DNA from: a virus
Lineage: Duplodnaviria; Caudoviricetes
Virus record (IMG/VR): IMGVR_UViG_3300010398_000044
Span: 1 to 25,381 of that record
Reading direction: 5' to 3' (one strand)
DNA: 25,381 bases
In this document: positions 24,191-25,381 of the stretch, piece by piece
Numbering within the stretch: the first letter of the stretch is position 1
Layout: the number at the start of each line of letters is the position of its first letter
Made by a program: the position numbers and the translations under genes
Notes under the pieces: model-generated
Database searches by the model: none
The model's input: the letters and a program-made list of their open reading frames with translations, nothing else
What the model was told of the DNA's origin: nothing

Positions 24191-25087
24191 ATGAACGCCG
24201 CTATCGTGCCACTCCATCACAGCCTGGAGCCCGTCAAGGCCCTGGTGCTCAACGCCGTCTCCAGCCCGCTCACGCGCGAGCAGTACGGCAAGGCTCTGGA
24301 CGACTTCTTCGACTACAGGTTACGCGAGGGCAGCCAGCCCTTCTCGCGCGCCCTGGTGCAGGCTCACCGGGCGAGCCTGGAGGAAAAAGGCTACGCCCCC
24401 GCTTCGATCAATCAGCGGATGGCCGCTATCCGCAAGCTGGCCAGCGAGGCGGCCGCGAGCGGCCTGCTGGATCACCAGACAGCGGCCAGTATCCGCGACG
24501 TGCCCGGCGCCAAGGTGCGGGGCACGCGCATGGGCAACTGGCTGACGCCGCGCGACACGCAGAAGCTGCTGGACGCGCCTCCGGCTGACACGTTGAAGGG
24601 CCTGCGCGACCGCGCCGCTCTGGCTCTGCTGGTGGGCTGCGGCCTGCGCCGCTCCGAGGCAGTGGCGGTCACCGTCGGGCACATCCAGCAACGGGACGGG
24701 CGCTGGGTGATTGTGGATCTCAGCGGCAAGGGCGGGCGCATCCGCACCGTGCCGGTGCCCGGCGGCGTCAAGGCGCGCATCGACGCGTGGCTGGCCGCGG
24801 CGGGCATTACGACCGGCGTGGTGCTGCGCTCGGTAGACCGCCACGGCAATATCGGCGCCGGGATGACGGGGCAGTCTATTCTGAATCTGGTGGCCGAGTA
24901 CGCCGACATCAAGCCGCATGACCTCCGGCGCACCTGCGCCAAGCTTTGCCGCCGCTCCGGCGGCGAGCTGGAGCAGATTCAGCTTCTCCTGGGCCACGCG
25001 TCGATTGCGACCACCGAGCGCTACCTGGGGACCGACCAGAACCTGGAGCATGCGCCTAATGACCGGATGGGCGTGCGGTTTTCCTAA
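24191..25087 (+). CDS. Tyrosine recombinase/integrase (XerC/D-like, no arm-binding domain)
   Basis: SAM-like N-domain (YAPASINQRMAAIRKL); catalytic R (GLRRSE), K (GKGG), HDLRR, LGH and TTERY. Confidence 0.95.
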   Translation: MNAAIVPLHHSLEPVKALVLNAVSSPLTREQYGKALDDFFDYRLREGSQPFSRALVQAHRASLEEKGYAPASINQRMAAIRKLASEAAASGLLDHQTAASIRDVPGAKVRGTRMGNWLTPRDTQKLLDAPPADTLKGLRDRAALALLVGCGLRRSEAVAVTVGHIQQRDGRWVIVDLSGKGGRIRTVPVPGGVKARIDAWLAAAGITTGVVLRSVDRHGNIGAGMTGQSILNLVAEYADIKPHDLRRTCAKLCRRSGGELEQIQLLLGHASIATTERYLGTDQNLEHAPNDRMGVRFS

Positions 25088-25106
25088 CAGGTATTGGCTT
25101 TTTGTC

Positions 25107-25137
25107 TTGCAAAATCCCTGCCGCTGCGAGTTATAAT
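25107..25137 (+). promoter_or_regulatory. Sigma70-like promoter
   Basis: TTGCAA then TATAAT (25132-25137) with a long (19-nt) spacer. Confidence 0.45.
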
Positions 25138-25158
25138 CGGCGGCAGGGAGACACACAG

Positions 25159-25381
25159 TTGACAGAGACTGACTATTCGATATTTGGCATGGCGGCACTT
25201 ATCCCCGGCATGCAGAAGATGCTCGACCTGATGCAAGAGAAACTGGACGAGTTCCGCCAGACCGTGGCGGCGGCGCAGAATGGTGCGGCGCCGCCGGGGA
25301 AGAAGCGGGGCAGACCGCTGGGGAAGAAGCTGAGCAGACCGCCGGGACAAAAGCACGGTGGCGAGTCCTGGGCCAGCCTGA
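25159..25381 (+). CDS. Partial basic protein with AT-hook-like KRGRP; runs off the window
   Basis: GGGAG RBS and TTG start; MTETDYSIFGMAALIPGMQKMLDLMQEKLDEFRQ...GKKRGRP...ESWASL, open to the end of the window. Confidence 0.6.
   Translation, partial: MTETDYSIFGMAALIPGMQKMLDLMQEKLDEFRQTVAAAQNGAAPPGKKRGRPLGKKLSRPPGQKHGGESWASL

Noticed and set aside
21894-25198. Extended or antisense ORFs 21894-22613, 22692-23708 and 24320-25198
   Set aside because: The first is a read-back extension of the DUF3846-like gene across a real gene; the others are antisense shadows.
1-25381. tRNA, rRNA, reverse transcriptase/DGR, or an alternative genetic code
   Set aside because: No cloverleaf or RT motifs were seen, no adenine-specific repeat pair was noticed in the fibres, and genes end normally at TAA, TAG and TGA.

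Overview
GC-rich tailed-phage or prophage segment with no host genes. The host may be an acidobacterium, inferred only from protein-family resemblance. (1) 1-8997, minus strand: a translationally coupled virion operon. It runs from a small DUF6496-like basic protein through a head-tail connector-like protein, an inserted low-GC Zn-finger/DUF559 endonuclease, a CxxC protein, a 642-aa Pro/Gly-rich protein with recurring [MFKL]-x-x-G-G motifs and an adaptor, to two tail fibres. The second fibre is truncated by the window and missing from the ORF track. (2) 9000-10470: regulatory switch with XRE-HTH and RHH genes and palindromic or direct-repeat sites. (3) 10470-17100, plus strand: replication module (SNF2 helicase, SSB-like protein, primase-VirE/VapE helicase, DUF3820-like protein, VRR-NUC) followed by an origin-like region. 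(4) 17580-18128: a terminase small subunit with no large subunit beside it. (5) 18700-24120: an array of about 17 small genes. It is punctuated by a repeated TTTCAC-N8/9-GGTAAC-N16/17-GCATCT promoter-like element and by three hammerhead-ribozyme folds, two with non-canonical cores but covarying stems. (6) A XerC/D-type tyrosine recombinase preceded by a degenerate copy of the same element. The promoter, ribozyme and gene-cassette array and the GG-motif protein are the most unusual elements. All product calls come from recognising motifs by eye; no database search was run.
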